Origin: Macrostomum lignano
Lineage: Eukaryota
Length of the DNA: 64,000 nt
Reading direction: 5' to 3'
NCBI GenBank assembly: GCA_002269645.1
Contig: NIVC01001313.1
Location: forward strand, 1 to 64,000
Below the pieces are notes generated by a model. That model was not told the origin of the DNA and did no database searches. It saw only the letters and a program-made list of their open reading frames with translations. The first letter of the stretch is position 1, and every line of letters begins with the position of its first letter. A program made the position numbers and the translations under genes. Positions 63,781-64,000 of the stretch are shown here, piece by piece.

Positions 63781-64000
63781 CTTCAGTCAGTCAGAGAAGA
63801 GAGTAAAGAGAAGAATGAAAAGAGAAGAGAGATGAGATGATAGAAAACAGAGTAGAAATGAGACGAGAGATTAGACATGACAGATGGGAGAAAAGAGGGG
63901 AGTAAGGCGGGAACGAAGGAGAGAGAAGAGAAGAGGAGAGAGGAGACGAGAGGGGAGATATGAGATAGCAGAGGGAGACAAGAGAGATGATAGGAGAGAG
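63781..64000. repeat. GA-rich low-complexity purine tract
   Basis: Directly visible. Confidence 0.85.

Overview
Repeat-rich, intron-containing animal genomic DNA. The GC-rich exons, minisatellite-filled introns and TTAGGG repeats suggest a flatworm such as Macrostomum; this is inference only. (1) 1-28.5 kb: five co-oriented minus-strand genes (EXT2, a very divergent beta-catenin paralogue, FUNDC1, a bacterial-type amidase, an SLC22-like transporter). Their introns and spacers are filled by about 15 different minisatellites, several overlapping splice sites or a stop codon. (2) 28.5-36.7 kb: AT-rich transposon remains (decayed Sola2-like transposase, 1.4-kb foldback element, MITE with 8-bp TSD). 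(3) 36702-44703: a near-perfect 8-kb palindrome made of two inverted copies of a 3995-bp element with short CCC...GGG TIRs. Each copy carries an intact three-exon CxxC/coiled-coil/BEN-like gene and no transposase. (4) 47-64 kb: nested and tandem non-autonomous Helitrons of at least two families, including an element with Helitron 3' ends at both termini and units carrying telomeric hexamers. Most long ORFs in the track are artefacts of repeats. All family calls come from motif recognition by eye; no searches were run.
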